This document shows positions 20,633 through 31,531 of a stretch of DNA of 64,000 bases, piece by piece (the stretch's first letter is position 1; every line of letters begins with the position of its first letter). Both the position numbers and the translations under genes were made by a program. The stretch spans positions 800,001 through 864,000 of the forward strand of contig OY969811.1 in assembly GCA_963703315.1 (NCBI GenBank). Reading direction: 5' to 3'. This DNA comes from an uncultured cyanobacterium (GTDB lineage: Bacteria; Cyanobacteriota; Cyanobacteriia; Pseudanabaenales; Pseudanabaenaceae). The notes below the pieces were generated by a model, which saw nothing but the letters and a program-made list of their open reading frames with translations, searched no databases and was not told the DNA's origin.

Positions 20633-21556
20633 GTGCAAGAAATTATGACCAGCAAAATCTATTTAAAAGGTGTCAAAGCTTACGGATATGTGGGATATCT
20701 ACCTGAAGAAAATGTCTTAGGACAATGGTTTGAAGTTGATGCCACGTTATGGGTAGATTTTGAAAAATCCACCTATAGCGACGAAATCGAAGATACTGTT
20801 AACTATATTTCCTGCATCCGTAAGATTGAAAATCTCATTCAGACTCAGAAATTTAAGTTAATTGAACGCCTAGCAGGAGCGATCGCTGACAGCCTCCTTG
20901 AAGATGCTCAAATCACAGAAGTTGAAGTCAAAATTATCAAGCATCCACCTATTCCCAATTTCTTAGGTTCCGTTGCTGTCGAAATTGGGCGATCGCGATC
21001 GCAAACCGCACCAATCAACAATCAACAATCAATAATCTCAGAATCCAAGCCTCAAAATTCTATTCCCAAAACCGCACCAATCAACAATCGCCAATCAACT
21101 ATCTCAGAGGAATCGAAAATTGTCAGCATTCACACCGATGGCGCTTGTTCTAAAAATCCCGGTCCTGGGGGTTGGGGTGTAGTTATCCATTTCTCCGATG
21201 GCAATGTCAAAGAACTTGGCGGTGGTATTAAAGAAACAACTAATAACCAAATGGAACTCCAAGGAGCGATCGCTGCCTTAGAATTTTTGGCAGTTCAAAA
21301 ACAATCAACTCCTGTCGATCTTTATACTGACAGCAAATATGTCATTGATGGCATTACCAAATGGATTAAAGGATGGAAAAAGAACGGTTGGCAAACAAAA
21401 GACAATAAACCTGTCAAAAATCAAGAATTTTGGCAACAGCTTGATCGTCTCAACTCCTCCAATATCCGATGGCATTGGGTGGAAGGGCATTCTGGCGATC
21501 CTGATAACGAGAGATGTGATGCGATCGCCCGCAGCTACACCGTAAAATCCTCGTAA
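20633..21556 (+). CDS. rnhA: Fusion of dihydroneopterin aldolase (FolB) and ribonuclease HI
   Basis: N-term [18 protein letters not shown]...TVNY...KLIERLA (FolB); C-term [41 protein letters not shown] (RNase HI). Confidence 0.9.
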   Translation: MQEIMTSKIYLKGVKAYGYVGYLPEENVLGQWFEVDATLWVDFEKSTYSDEIEDTVNYISCIRKIENLIQTQKFKLIERLAGAIADSLLEDAQITEVEVKIIKHPPIPNFLGSVAVEIGRSRSQTAPINNQQSIISESKPQNSIPKTAPINNRQSTISEESKIVSIHTDGACSKNPGPGGWGVVIHFSDGNVKELGGGIKETTNNQMELQGAIAALEFLAVQKQSTPVDLYTDSKYVIDGITKWIKGWKKNGWQTKDNKPVKNQEFWQQLDRLNSSNIRWHWVEGHSGDPDNERCDAIARSYTVKSS

Positions 21557-21721
21557 AGTTGTGCCTCTGCGGGGCGCAACTTACATAAATAATGGGTGCG
21601 AGGCAAAGCTACACACCCATTATTTATTTGGGATTTACAATATTTTGCGATCGCGTTTGACATTAAAATCAATTTAGGCGATTATAGACAAGCTAATCTA
21701 TTAGCTACAAATAAATCACTA

Positions 21722-21794
21722 GGGGCTATAGCGCAGTTGGTAGCGCACCTCAATGGCATTGAGGGGGTCAGGGATTCGAGTTCCCTTAGCTCCA
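21722..21794 (+). tRNA. tRNA-Ala (GGC)
   Basis: GGGGCTA..TAGCTCC acceptor stem with G3-U70, D-arm GCGC/GCGC, anticodon loop ATGGCAT, T-loop TTCGAGT. Confidence 0.95.
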
Positions 21795-21801
21795 TACATC
21801 C

Positions 21802-21910
21802 TAGCAAGTTTTGCTTAGGATATAAAACCCAAGAAACGAGTGGCGGCGCGAAGCGCCGCCACTCGTTTCTTGGGTTTTGGTTTGTACTAGCTAACTCTTT
21901 TTTTGCTATA
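21802..21910. mobile_element. MITE/REP-like family A copy just 3' of tRNA-Ala
   Basis: Perfect hairpin aaaacccaagaaacgagtggcggcgc-gaa-gcgccgccactcgtttcttgggtttt inside the conserved shell. Confidence 0.75.
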
Positions 21911-21990
21911 GCAATATCTAAAATAATCTCGACATTTTTAATTATGCTCAGCTACTCAGAGACTTTCATCAAACCAAAATATTTATCAAA

Positions 21991-22030
21991 AACAAAAGAG
22001 CCAAGAACCTTAGTTCTTGGCTTTTTTGTT
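21991..22030 (-). terminator. Rho-independent terminator-like hairpin downstream of htpG
   Basis: agccaagaac-ctta-gttcttggct flanked by A and T tracts. Confidence 0.6.
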
Positions 22031-22041
22031 GCTGTAAAGTC

Positions 22042-23946
22042 CTAAATCTTGCTAGTCAATTTAGTTAGCAATTGATTAGATCGCTGCAAGAAGCCCTTCA
22101 TGCTGTCCGCATCAAAACTCTTTTGCGCCATCAATGCCAAATCATAAACATGAGTACAAATCAAGTTAGCGAGATCGAGGGATTCAGATTTGCCCCCGAT
22201 AAGAACTTGACTACTATCAAGCTCGATCAGTTTTTCCATGAGTGGATGTGTTGTATTGACTAGCAATACGTGATCCTCTGGGAAACTCACCGTACCCTGC
22301 TGCATTACTGCGGTCATTTCCTGCATCCGTCGTGCAAATTCGGGCAAGAGAATAATTGCAGGTGGAGCGGAAGCTGCATCTTCTGTCTTAATTGCCTCGG
22401 TGCGAATTACCAATTTGGGCTTATTCAACGCGGCACGGAAAATGTCTTGCAGGTGATCGCTCTTAGTTTTATTGGTTTTAGGATCAACGATTTCCGTCTT
22501 GGCATCCTTATCAACAAGGCGATCGTCGATTTCAGCATCGACACGGGCAAATTTAATATCTTTGAATTCACGCTCAAGGAAGTTAATGAAGTGACTATCA
22601 ATGAATGAATCAAAAGTTAACACTTCTAATCCTTGGTTTTTATGTAATTCCACATAAGTACCTTGGGCAATAGGATCGGAAGTATAGAACACTTGATTTT
22701 CATGTTCTGCCTTGTTGCGCTCTAGATAGGCTTGCAGAGTGGTGTAGTTACCACTTTCGCTCTTGACTTCTTCACTTTCGCTAGTGGTGGCATATACCAA
22801 GATATCTTTAATTTGCTGATAGAACTTATCACTGTTCATCGCCCCAAACTTCATGAAGATACTGATATCCTGCCAACATTTTAGAAATTCTTCGCGGGAG
22901 TCACTGTAAAGCGAACTCAGGCGATCGCCTACTTTTTTAGCAATAAAGTCTTGAATCTTACGAACTTTGGGATCGCCTTGCAAGAAACTACGCGACACAT
23001 TGAGAGGAATATCGGTACTATCGATCGCCCCACGCAATGGCATCAAGAATTTCGGAATCACATCATCGCAATTGTCGCTGACAAAAACGTGATTGCAGAA
23101 CAGCTTGATTTGTCCACGATTGGGATCAATATCTGCCTTCATTTTTGGGAAATAAAGGATTCCCTTAATCACGAAGGGATAATCGGTATTTAAATGAATC
23201 CAAAACAGAGGATCATCTTGATAAGGATAGAGGTAGCGATAGAACTCTAAATATTCCTCATTCGTGACTGATTTCGGAGACTTATCCCATAGCGCAGTCT
23301 GTTTGTTAATTACTTCGTCATTCAGCTTGATCGGTACGGGCATGAAGTCGCAATAGTTGCGAATCATCCGCTTAATCGATGCTTCTTCTAGATACTCTTC
23401 AGCATCCTCTTGCAAAGTTAGGGTGATGGTTGTACCCACACCAGCGCGATCGCTATCATCGATCGTAAAAGTAGTAGAGCCATCGCAAGACCAATGTACT
23501 GCCTCTGCCCCTTCTTTATAAGAGCGAGTATCAATCTCTACATTACTCGCCACCATAAAGGAGGAATAGAAACCTAAACCAAAGTTACCGATAATTTGTT
23601 GATCGCCAGTGCCACTATTCGCATATTTAGTAGCAAATTCCTGAGCGCTAGAAAAGGCAACTTGGTTAATATATTTTTTGACCTCATCTGCCGTCATGCC
23701 GATCCCTGTATCTGCGATCGCTAAGGTCTTTTTCTCTTTATCGATCGTGACCACAATTTCAGGATCGGCGGAATGAGTAGTTTCACCAGCATAGGACACC
23801 ATCTTGAGTTTGCTAATGGCATCTACTGCATTAGAGATCAATTCCCGCAAGAAGATATCGCGTTCTGAATATAAAGCCTTCTTGATAATGGGAAAGATAT
23901 TCTCGGTATGAATGCTGATCGTTCCCTGCTCTTGCATATCGCGCAA
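22042..23946 (-). CDS. htpG: Chaperone HtpG (Hsp90); likely start ATG 23937
   Basis: FLRELISNA, DTGIGMT, IGNFGLGFYS, PLNVSRS motifs. Confidence 0.97.
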   Translation of the reverse strand: MRDMQEQGTISIHTENIFPIIKKALYSERDIFLRELISNAVDAISKLKMVSYAGETTHSADPEIVVTIDKEKKTLAIADTGIGMTADEVKKYINQVAFSSAQEFATKYANSGTGDQQIIGNFGLGFYSSFMVASNVEIDTRSYKEGAEAVHWSCDGSTTFTIDDSDRAGVGTTITLTLQEDAEEYLEEASIKRMIRNYCDFMPVPIKLNDEVINKQTALWDKSPKSVTNEEYLEFYRYLYPYQDDPLFWIHLNTDYPFVIKGILYFPKMKADIDPNRGQIKLFCNHVFVSDNCDDVIPKFLMPLRGAIDSTDIPLNVSRSFLQGDPKVRKIQDFIAKKVGDRLSSLYSDSREEFLKCWQDISIFMKFGAMNSDKFYQQIKDILVYATTSESEEVKSESGNYTTLQAYLERNKAEHENQVFYTSDPIAQGTYVELHKNQGLEVLTFDSFIDSHFINFLEREFKDIKFARVDAEIDDRLVDKDAKTEIVDPKTNKTKSDHLQDIFRAALNKPKLVIRTEAIKTEDAASAPPAIILLPEFARRMQEMTAVMQQGTVSFPEDHVLLVNTTHPLMEKLIELDSSQVLIGGKSESLDLANLICTHVYDLALMAQKSFDADSMKGFLQRSNQLLTKLTSKI

Positions 23947-24222
23947 AGCTCCTAAATATTGGTAAATGTTACTAAATGCTAATCAAGGCTGATTATACCG
24001 AATCCTCAGTCAAGCTAATCTCTTGAAGTTGTCGCGTTCTCCGTACCTCTAACGCTTCGCATTTAAATTCAAGCAAGATGAGAGGCGGCGCTTCGCGCCG
24101 CCTCTCATCTTGCTTTTATGAAGGTTTGCAAAGCAAATCTATACATTTGTGTAACTCTAGTTGAAAAACCCTAGTGCCTCCTCTATTGTGATATCAACAA
24201 TCTTGAATAAACCAATAAAGAT

Positions 24223-24468
24223 ATGGCGATCGCCGCAATTATCTACATATCAGTATCTGTACTACTTGTAATTAGTGCAGGTATATTTTTTATGAAAGCT
24301 ATTCAGTCCTTAATGCACAAAAAAACAACACCAAGTTATCAACCGCAAGATCAAGTAATGTTTTTGCGCCCTAACTCTAATGATCCTTTATCGATTTCAA
24401 ACCGACGGGAAGAAATCATTGCTATGCTAGAACGGCAATTTGCTAGCAGTCCATCATCTGACTCCTAG
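24223..24468 (+). CDS. Small hypothetical membrane protein
   Basis: 81-aa ORF with N-terminal hydrophobic helix directly upstream of ftsQ. Confidence 0.6.
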   Translation: MAIAAIIYISVSVLLVISAGIFFMKAIQSLMHKKTTPSYQPQDQVMFLRPNSNDPLSISNRREEIIAMLERQFASSPSSDS

Positions 24469-24502
24469 CAATATTTAGCATTGTAAATAGGTAGGCTCAA
24501 AG

Positions 24503-25315
24503 ATGACGCTTGAATTCCCTATCTCCACTGGAGAGGCAGACTATGTGGCACGCCGCAAACAACTGCGAAAACAACGCCGCCTTCGCATATTTCAACGTAT
24601 TTGGCAGTTAACATTTATTACTGGAATCACAGGTGGAATGCTGTGGGTTGCCATGCTGCCAGAATGGCAATTGCGTAGTGCTAATCAGATTGAAATTGAA
24701 GGTAATAAGTTACTCTCTAAAGAAACGATCAAAAAAGCATTGCCAATTCAATATCCTCAGTCAATTTTTCAAATTCAACCCCAAGCGATCGCCTCTCAAC
24801 TCGAATCCTCTGCCCCAGTTTCTAAAGTTTTAGTCTCGCGGACAATTTTCCCGTCAAAGTTAACCATCCAAGTCCAAGAACGCTTGCCGATCGCAAACTC
24901 CACACGCAATGGTCAGCAAGGATTTCTTGACGCTGAAGGTATATGGATGTCTGTTAAAGCTTATCCATCCAGTATTACTAAGCCAAATCTCGTAGTTTTA
25001 GAACCAAGTAATCGAGCGATCGGGCAATGGTCAACCTTATATCGTCAAGTTAGCCAAAGCCAAGTCAAAATATCGCAAGTAGATGCCCGCGATGAATCAA
25101 ATTTAATTTTGACTACAGAGCTAGGCATTGTATATTTCGGCACATACAAGCCCTCCCTATTTGGCACACAGTTAGAAACACTTGACAGGCTAAGGACATT
25201 GCCTGAAAAATTAAAGTCAAAAAGCTTTAAATACATTGATATAAGTCAACCAACTGACCCAATTTTAGAAATGAATATGCCACCAAAAGATAAATCTACG
25301 GAAACAAAATCCTAA
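24503..25315 (+). CDS. ftsQ: Cell division protein FtsQ/DivIB
   Basis: Basic N-terminus, TM helix, POTRA (IEIEGN..VQER), YIDI C-terminus; upstream of ftsZ. Confidence 0.9.
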   Translation: MTLEFPISTGEADYVARRKQLRKQRRLRIFQRIWQLTFITGITGGMLWVAMLPEWQLRSANQIEIEGNKLLSKETIKKALPIQYPQSIFQIQPQAIASQLESSAPVSKVLVSRTIFPSKLTIQVQERLPIANSTRNGQQGFLDAEGIWMSVKAYPSSITKPNLVVLEPSNRAIGQWSTLYRQVSQSQVKISQVDARDESNLILTTELGIVYFGTYKPSLFGTQLETLDRLRTLPEKLKSKSFKYIDISQPTDPILEMNMPPKDKSTETKS

Positions 25316-25477
25316 ACAAAATCCTAAACTGTCCCTAAATTGTCGCTTTAAGGCTATCATTATTTTTTTCTGGTAGGTTTAAACTATTACTCGGACTTAA
25401 TACTCGAATGAGGTTTAAGCTGATCAAAATCTAGAGAACATCAGTACAACGATTCTATTTATGACATTCCTCAATAA

Positions 25478-26758
25478 ATGACATCTCAAAATGACTGGTC
25501 AGATTTGGACTCAAATGGTTCGGAAAACGGAGAAGTAGACGTGGAAATAGATGAACTTTCTGAGTTTTCAAATAACTCTAGACTACACCTAGGTCACTCT
25601 CAAAATCGGATGAAGCAGCAGTTAGGCGTTGATACAAAAGCGGATAATATCATGTTGGGCAGCGTTGCAAAAATTAAGGTAATTGGTGTTGGCGGTGGCG
25701 GCGGCAATGCTGTAAATCGCATGATTGCAAGTGATGTAGTCGGTGTAGAGTTTTGGTCATTTAATACTGATGCTCAAGCATTACTCCAATCTTCAGCATC
25801 TAAACGATTTCAAATGGGTCAGAAGCTAACCAGAGGTTTAGGTGCAGGTGGTAACCCTGCGATCGGGCAGAAAGCCGCCGAAGAGTCGCGTGATGACATT
25901 GCCGCCGCAGTTGAAGGAGCCGATTTAGTATTTATTACCGCAGGTATGGGGGGCGGTACTGGTACTGGAGCCGCACCAATTATTGCAGAGGTCGCCAAAG
26001 AAGCAGGTGCGCTGACAGTTGGCATCGTTACTCGTCCTTTTACCTTTGAAGGCAGACGCAGGGGGCAGCAAGCCGAAGAGGGAATAGCAGGTTTGCAGAG
26101 TCGTGTTGATACTCTGATTGTGATCCCCAACGATAAGTTACTCTCCGTCATTTCTGAGCAAACTCCAGTCCAAGAAGCATTTCGAGTTGCTGACGATATC
26201 CTCCGACAAGGTGTACAGGGTATTTCTGACATCATTATGATCCCAGGGCTAGTCAACGTTGACTTTGCCGATATTCGTGCAGTGATGGCGGATGCAGGTT
26301 CAGCGATGATGGGTATTGGTATTGGCTCAGGTAAGTCAAGGGCGAGAGAAGCTGCCATGACCGCCATTTCTTCGCCTTTACTAGAAACATCCGTTGAAGG
26401 GGCAAGTGGTGTCGTCTTTAACATTACAGGTGGCGAAGATATGACCCTCCATGAGGTGAATGCTGCTGCTGAAACCATCTATGAAGTCGTCGATCAAAAT
26501 GCCAATATTATTTTCGGTGCAGTTATTGATCCCAAACTCGATGGTGAAATTAGAATTACCGTAATTGCTACTGGCTTCGCGCCCAAGACGCATCCAGCGA
26601 TCCCGCCTCAAATTTCTAAAAAGATCCAACCCTTACCCCCAAATCCGCCAACGCGAACCCAGAGTTCACCTCTGCCTACATCACAGTCTGAAATCAAACT
26701 AAGTAAACCAGGATTAGATATTCCCGATTTCTTGCAACGTCGTCGTCCACCAAAATAA
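25478..26758 (+). CDS. ftsZ: Cell division protein FtsZ
   Basis: [25 protein letters not shown]-terminal LDIPDFL. Confidence 0.99.
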   Translation: MTSQNDWSDLDSNGSENGEVDVEIDELSEFSNNSRLHLGHSQNRMKQQLGVDTKADNIMLGSVAKIKVIGVGGGGGNAVNRMIASDVVGVEFWSFNTDAQALLQSSASKRFQMGQKLTRGLGAGGNPAIGQKAAEESRDDIAAAVEGADLVFITAGMGGGTGTGAAPIIAEVAKEAGALTVGIVTRPFTFEGRRRGQQAEEGIAGLQSRVDTLIVIPNDKLLSVISEQTPVQEAFRVADDILRQGVQGISDIIMIPGLVNVDFADIRAVMADAGSAMMGIGIGSGKSRAREAAMTAISSPLLETSVEGASGVVFNITGGEDMTLHEVNAAAETIYEVVDQNANIIFGAVIDPKLDGEIRITVIATGFAPKTHPAIPPQISKKIQPLPPNPPTRTQSSPLPTSQSEIKLSKPGLDIPDFLQRRRPPK

Positions 26759-26934
26759 GCCTTAAACATAAGACTTATTTTTGGTGGTAGATGAGTAGTA
26801 TTTGTGCGCTCATCTACTCCATTTCAAAAAACTTATCTAATTCATATCTAATTTAATCGTAAACAGATGCTACGAATAGCTAATTAAGCGTGACAATAGA
26901 ATTATATGGCTATGTTACCTCCCAATAAATTGCA

Positions 26935-27933
26935 GTGACACACTTAACGACTACTAGGCACGGACTTCACAGACTACCCTCTCTTAATAGCGGTGAAGAT
27001 CGACTGAGGCTTTTTGCTGGCTCGGCAAATTTGCCGCTCGCCCAAGAGATTTCCCGTTATTTAGGTATAGAGTTAGGGCCTATGGTGCGAAAAAATTTCG
27101 CTGATGGGGAAGTCTATGTACAGGTACAGGAATCAATTCGGGGTTGTGATGTTTATTTAATTCAACCAACTTGTCGTCCTGTTAACGACCATTTGACTGA
27201 GTTATTGATTATGGTTGATGCTTGCCGTCGTGCATCAGCCCGACAAATTACCGCAGTTATGCCCTATTACGGCTATGCAAGGGCTGACCGCAAAACCGCA
27301 GGACGTGAATCAATTACCGCAAAATTAGTTGCTAACTTGATTGTGCAGTCTGGAGCCGATCGCGTAATTGCGATGGACTTACACTCTGCCCAGATCCAAG
27401 GATATTTTGATATTCCTTGCGATCATGTCTATGGCGCTCCTGTTTTATTTGACTATCTCAATGAAAAGAAATTGCCCGATTTAGTGGTGGTTTCACCAGA
27501 TGTAGGGGGGGTAGCTCGCGCTCGTGCTTTTGCCAAAAAACTCAATGACGCTCCCCTAGCAATCATTGATAAGCGTCGTCAAACCCATAATGTAGCGGAA
27601 GTGATGAATGTGATCGGTGATGTGTCAGGTAAAACGGCTGTACTTGTTGATGACATGATCGATACCGCAGGAACCATTTATGAAGCAGCGAAGCTACTGC
27701 GAAAAGAGGGGGCGCGGCAAGTTTATGCTTGTGCCACTCATGCTATTTTTTCGCCTCCTGCGATCGATCGCTTATCAAGTGGTGTGTTTGAAGAGGTAAT
27801 CGTGACCAATTCGACACCTGTAAGTCAAGAAAACTATTTCCCTCAATTACGGGTACTATCGGTTGCCGACCTGTTAGGTGAGACAATCTGGCGTGTCCAC
27901 GAAGATACGTCTGTCAGCAGTATGTTTAGGTAG
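26935..27933 (+). CDS. prs: Ribose-phosphate pyrophosphokinase
   Basis: PYYGYARADRK, DLHSAQIQG, VDDMIDTAGT motifs. Confidence 0.97.
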   Translation: MTHLTTTRHGLHRLPSLNSGEDRLRLFAGSANLPLAQEISRYLGIELGPMVRKNFADGEVYVQVQESIRGCDVYLIQPTCRPVNDHLTELLIMVDACRRASARQITAVMPYYGYARADRKTAGRESITAKLVANLIVQSGADRVIAMDLHSAQIQGYFDIPCDHVYGAPVLFDYLNEKKLPDLVVVSPDVGGVARARAFAKKLNDAPLAIIDKRRQTHNVAEVMNVIGDVSGKTAVLVDDMIDTAGTIYEAAKLLRKEGARQVYACATHAIFSPPAIDRLSSGVFEEVIVTNSTPVSQENYFPQLRVLSVADLLGETIWRVHEDTSVSSMFR

Positions 27934-28003
27934 CGATCGCCTGTTGGATGGCTAGCAAATAGATCTGTTTTGTATTTCGTGATTATATTTAATTCAAGAA
28001 AAT

Positions 28004-28017
28004 GTGCATCACGATAC
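28004..28017 (+). promoter_or_regulatory. Possible NtcA site (GTG-N8-TAC) upstream of ntcA
   Basis: TGTG-CATCACGA-TACA, one mismatch from consensus. Confidence 0.45.
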
Positions 28018-28327
28018 AAACTGCTATTATTTAGTAAGTTTAAGTAAGAATAATCATTCTTACTTTTAAATACATTTTCTGACTATGGAAATTGGCAAAT
28101 TAAGTAAACCTCTTTCACTGTCAATCAGTGATGGGTTGAAATCAACTTATGCAGTTTGTACTTGCTATAACTTCAGTTTAATAGCTAGATAAAACTAACA
28201 TAGGTAATTTAAATTGATTGTGCGCTAGCATACTTCCTTACAATCTGGTCAAACTAAATATCCAAAATTTGGTATTTATTTGAGTTGGTAAGATTTTATA
28301 AATGAGAGAGTCTTGCTAACTCAAATA

Positions 28328-28426
28328 ATACCAAAACTAAAAATGGCGTAGCCATTTTTAGTTTTAAAACCCTTACTGGGTTTGGTTTTAATTCACACAA
28401 GTGGTTACACTATCGTGAGTTGGTAT
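28328..28426. mobile_element. MITE-like family C copy upstream of ntcA
   Basis: ataccaaaactaaaaatggc-gta-gccatttttagtttt aaaacccttactgggtttggtttt aattcac...gtgagttggtat. Confidence 0.75.
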
Positions 28427-28483
28427 AAGCCAAGAAATCTATATGGCAACTTAATTGTTTTTGGTTAAAGAGGGTTTATAAGC

Positions 28484-29146
28484 TTGGCAGACCGTGCTCT
28501 TGTTGATGTCTTTCGCGAAATGAATGGTGGAATGTTCCCCCCCATGACGGAAACGTTTGAACGCGGTAAGACGATTTTTTTTCCTGGTGATCCTGCGGAA
28601 CGTTTTTACTTTTTGGTAAAAGGAGCAGTAAAACTTTCTAGAGTTTATGAAGCAGGTGAAGAAATCACAGTTGCACTATTGCGTGAAAATAGTGTATTTG
28701 GGGTTTTGTCATTGATTACAGGTAATCGCTCTGATCGGTTTTATCATGCAGTTGCCTTCACACCTGTGGAATTGTTATCAGTACCGATCGATCAAGTAGA
28801 GAAAGCGCTAAAGGAAGATCCTGAGTTACCAATGGTGCTGTTGCGTGGATTGTCATCACGGATTTTACAAACGGAGATGATGATTGAAACTCTTGCTCAT
28901 CGGGACATGGGATCACGGCTAGTTAGCTTTTTGTTGATTCTCTGTCGTGATTTTGGTACGCCTTCGACGGAGGGTGTAACGATTGATTTGAAGCTTTCTC
29001 ATCAGGCGATCGCTGAGGCGATCGGCTCAACGCGAGTGACTGTCACTCGACTTCTTGGTGATTTACGCAAGCAAAAAATGATCGCCATTTCTAAAAAACG
29101 CATTACTGTTCATAATCCCATTGAGCTAGGACAACAATTTACTTAG
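28484..29146 (+). CDS. ntcA: Global nitrogen regulator NtcA (TTG start)
   Basis: [44 protein letters not shown]. Confidence 0.98.
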   Translation: MADRALVDVFREMNGGMFPPMTETFERGKTIFFPGDPAERFYFLVKGAVKLSRVYEAGEEITVALLRENSVFGVLSLITGNRSDRFYHAVAFTPVELLSVPIDQVEKALKEDPELPMVLLRGLSSRILQTEMMIETLAHRDMGSRLVSFLLILCRDFGTPSTEGVTIDLKLSHQAIAEAIGSTRVTVTRLLGDLRKQKMIAISKKRITVHNPIELGQQFT

Positions 29147-29246
29147 AGAAACTAGATGTGCTGCAAAGCAGCACATCTAGTTTCTAAATCTAATTGTTGA
29201 TGCGTTAAGCTGTTTATAGAAAACCATATAAAGAAAATTATCTAAA

Positions 29247-29585
29247 ATGTACGAAACTTTAAAAATAGTGTGGTCTATTGTTGCTATTTGCTTAGTGGTC
29301 TTAATTTTATTACATAGTCCCAAAAGTGACGGTTTAGGCGGTTTTAGTGGTCAGGCACAACTTTTTTCGAGTACAAAGAGTGCAGAAACGGCTCTGAATC
29401 GAGTTACTTGGTTTTTGACAGCAGCTTTTTTGGGCTTAACTGTGGTACTTAGCGGTGGTTGGTTTACAGCACCAGCAGTCACGGCTCCAGTGCCACAAGT
29501 TACGCCATCTACGAAGAACGTTCCTGATGCTAAGCCCATTCCTCTAAATTTACCTGCGACAACTCCTGAAAAGCCTCAGCAATAA
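29247..29585 (+). CDS. secG: Preprotein translocase subunit SecG
   Basis: LLHSPKSDGLGG..AQLFSSTKSAETALNRVTW. Confidence 0.95.
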   Translation: MYETLKIVWSIVAICLVVLILLHSPKSDGLGGFSGQAQLFSSTKSAETALNRVTWFLTAAFLGLTVVLSGGWFTAPAVTAPVPQVTPSTKNVPDAKPIPLNLPATTPEKPQQ

Positions 29586-29666
29586 TTTGATGCGGATTGA
29601 TGCGAAAAAGAAGTAGATTTTTTGTGGCGCGGCAAAGCCGCACCACAAAAAATCTACTTCTTTAGT

Positions 29667-30296
29667 TTAATGAGAGTCCCTTAACGGAGTCTCTAAGTTT
29701 AACTCTATGCCAAGTGAAGAGTTAAATAGCGCCTGATCAACCTGAGCAAATAACTCGTTTGTATCATCGGAATTAACGATCGCTACATCAGCTAGTTCAA
29801 TTTTTTTCGCTTGGGACATTTGACTATCAATTCTTTGAATTGCTTCGGTTTCTGAGAGATGATTACGCTTGATTAGCCTTTGTAATTGCTGATGGCGATC
29901 GCAAGTAATTACCCAAGTCTCCGTCACTAAATCTTGCATTTTTGCTTCAAATAATAATGGGATCACCATGATGACCGTTGCTGGTGCAAGATGCTCAGCT
30001 TCAGTAATTAAGGTTTTTTTAACGTAGGGGTGAATTAAAGCTTCGAGCCATTGCCTCTCAACTTCACTAGCAAATATAATTGCTCCCAACTTGCGGCGAT
30101 CGAGATTGCCCTGATCATCAAGGATTAGTTTGCCGTAGCGATCTGTAACTTTAAGGAGGCGATCGCTTGTTAAAGCCTGTCGCGCATAAAGATCAGCATC
30201 GAGAACTGGCAATCTATAGGTATCGCGTAAATAATCAGAGACCGTAGTTTTACCTGTAGCAATGCCCCCTGTAATGCCGATGATGCGTTGGTTCAT
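29667..30296 (-). CDS. coaE: Dephospho-CoA kinase
   Basis: IGITGGIATGKTT, LDAD, IPLLFE, RIDSQ motifs. Confidence 0.95.
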   Translation of the reverse strand: MNQRIIGITGGIATGKTTVSDYLRDTYRLPVLDADLYARQALTSDRLLKVTDRYGKLILDDQGNLDRRKLGAIIFASEVERQWLEALIHPYVKKTLITEAEHLAPATVIMVIPLLFEAKMQDLVTETWVITCDRHQQLQRLIKRNHLSETEAIQRIDSQMSQAKKIELADVAIVNSDDTNELFAQVDQALFNSSLGIELNLETPLRDSH

Positions 30297-30388
30297 GTGT
30301 TTAACACCAAATCTAATTTAGACAGTTTAGAGTGGCGGCGCGAAGCACCACCACTCTAAACTGTCTTTTTAGCTTATTTGGTTTACAC

Positions 30389-30643
30389 ATGGACTTCACC
30401 AATATTCTTGGATTTACGGCTGCGACGTTGACGACTTTTGCTTTCTTGCCGCAGGTGATTCAAGTATGGCGATCGCGATCGACTAAGGATATATCTTTGC
30501 CGATGCTAGTGACATTTATCGCGGGGATCACTCTCTGGCTAATTTACGGCTTACTGGTTAATGCTGCACCAATCTACCTTGCAAATGCAATTACGCTGAT
30601 TTTGAATTTGTTGATTTTACGATTCAAACTTAAATACGGATAA
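30389..30643 (+). CDS. SemiSWEET/PQ-loop (MtN3) transporter
   Basis: TTFAFLPQV..TKDISL..WLIYG..N motifs; ATG at 30389. Confidence 0.9.
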   Translation: MDFTNILGFTAATLTTFAFLPQVIQVWRSRSTKDISLPMLVTFIAGITLWLIYGLLVNAAPIYLANAITLILNLLILRFKLKYG

Positions 30644-30693
30644 TATTGAGAGTGGCGCAAAGCAACCTTCTCAATATTTTTAACAATCTCAAC

Positions 30694-31419
30694 ATGACCT
30701 CTCTTAGTACTTTCTTTTCAACTTATTTCACCCATTTAGTAATGCTGGGGTTGATTTTGACCTTTGCGATCGCCCATAGTGGTCTGGCGGAATTAAGAAT
30801 GTGGGGTGAAGAGAAAATTGGCGCAAGGTTATATCGCGTAATTTTTGCACTAGTCAGTATTCCCCTTGCTGTAGTTCTACTTATTTATTTTTTCAACCAT
30901 CGTTATGACGGGGTGCAGTTGTGGGATGTGAAAGGAGTTGCAGGTGTAAATGAGTTTGTCTTGATTCTTTCCGCCATCTCATTTCTATTTCTTTATCCTG
31001 CAACCTTTAACTTAACGGAAGTTGCCGCGATTAAAAAGCCCGAAGTCCATTTATTTGAAACGGGGATCATCCGTATTTGCCGTCATCCGCAAATGATTGG
31101 TCAATGTTTATGGGGAATTGCCCATGCCCTTTGGCTAGGAACATCTTTTACGGTGACTACAGCGATCGCCTTAGTTGTTTATCACTTATTCGCAGTATGG
31201 CATGGCGATCAACGTTTGTTTAAGCGCTATGGGGATGCGTTCTTAGCAGTTAAGGAGCGTACTTCAATATTGCCATTTGTGGCGATCGCCCAAGGTCGTC
31301 AGCAATTAGTTCTTAAAGAATTTATCCGTCCTGCTTATATTGGTGTTGCTATCACCGTTGTGTTATTTCGCTGGTTGCACCCCATTGTTATTACAGCTTC
31401 CGCAAATGTGAATTGGTAA
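30694..31419 (+). CDS. NnrU-family protein (15-cis-zeta-carotene isomerase Z-ISO-like)
   Basis: AHSGLA, ETGIIRICRHPQM, WHGD, RTSILPF motifs; ATG at 30694. Confidence 0.85.
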   Translation: MTSLSTFFSTYFTHLVMLGLILTFAIAHSGLAELRMWGEEKIGARLYRVIFALVSIPLAVVLLIYFFNHRYDGVQLWDVKGVAGVNEFVLILSAISFLFLYPATFNLTEVAAIKKPEVHLFETGIIRICRHPQMIGQCLWGIAHALWLGTSFTVTTAIALVVYHLFAVWHGDQRLFKRYGDAFLAVKERTSILPFVAIAQGRQQLVLKEFIRPAYIGVAITVVLFRWLHPIVITASANVNW

Positions 31420-31427
31420 AACCAATC

Positions 31428-31504
31428 AAAACCCAAGAAGCGAGTGGCGGCGCGAAGCGCCGCTACTCGCTTCTTGGGTTTTAAGCAAAACTTGCATTGC
31501 TATA
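31428..31504. mobile_element. MITE/REP-like family A copy (partial, reverse orientation)
   Basis: Hairpin with GC-GAA-GC loop followed by aagcaaaacttgcattgctata. Confidence 0.7.
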
Positions 31505-31531
31505 TAATTTCAAAAAACATCAGGGAATATT

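Noticed and set aside
21794..22042. Genomic island integrated at tRNA-Ala
   Set aside because: No integrase, no duplicated tRNA 3' end seen, and htpG follows directly.
21596..22045. 149-aa ORF on the + strand
   Set aside because: Overlaps tRNA-Ala and repeat elements; not protein-like.
25819..26478. 219-aa antisense ORF in ftsZ and similar shadow ORFs in amt, sir, htpG, ctaD and cbiET
   Set aside because: Antisense or off-frame by-products of conserved genes with no recognisable motifs.
30332..30388. Extended GTG start of the SemiSWEET gene
   Set aside because: Lies within an intergenic hairpin; ATG 30389 gives the normal family length.
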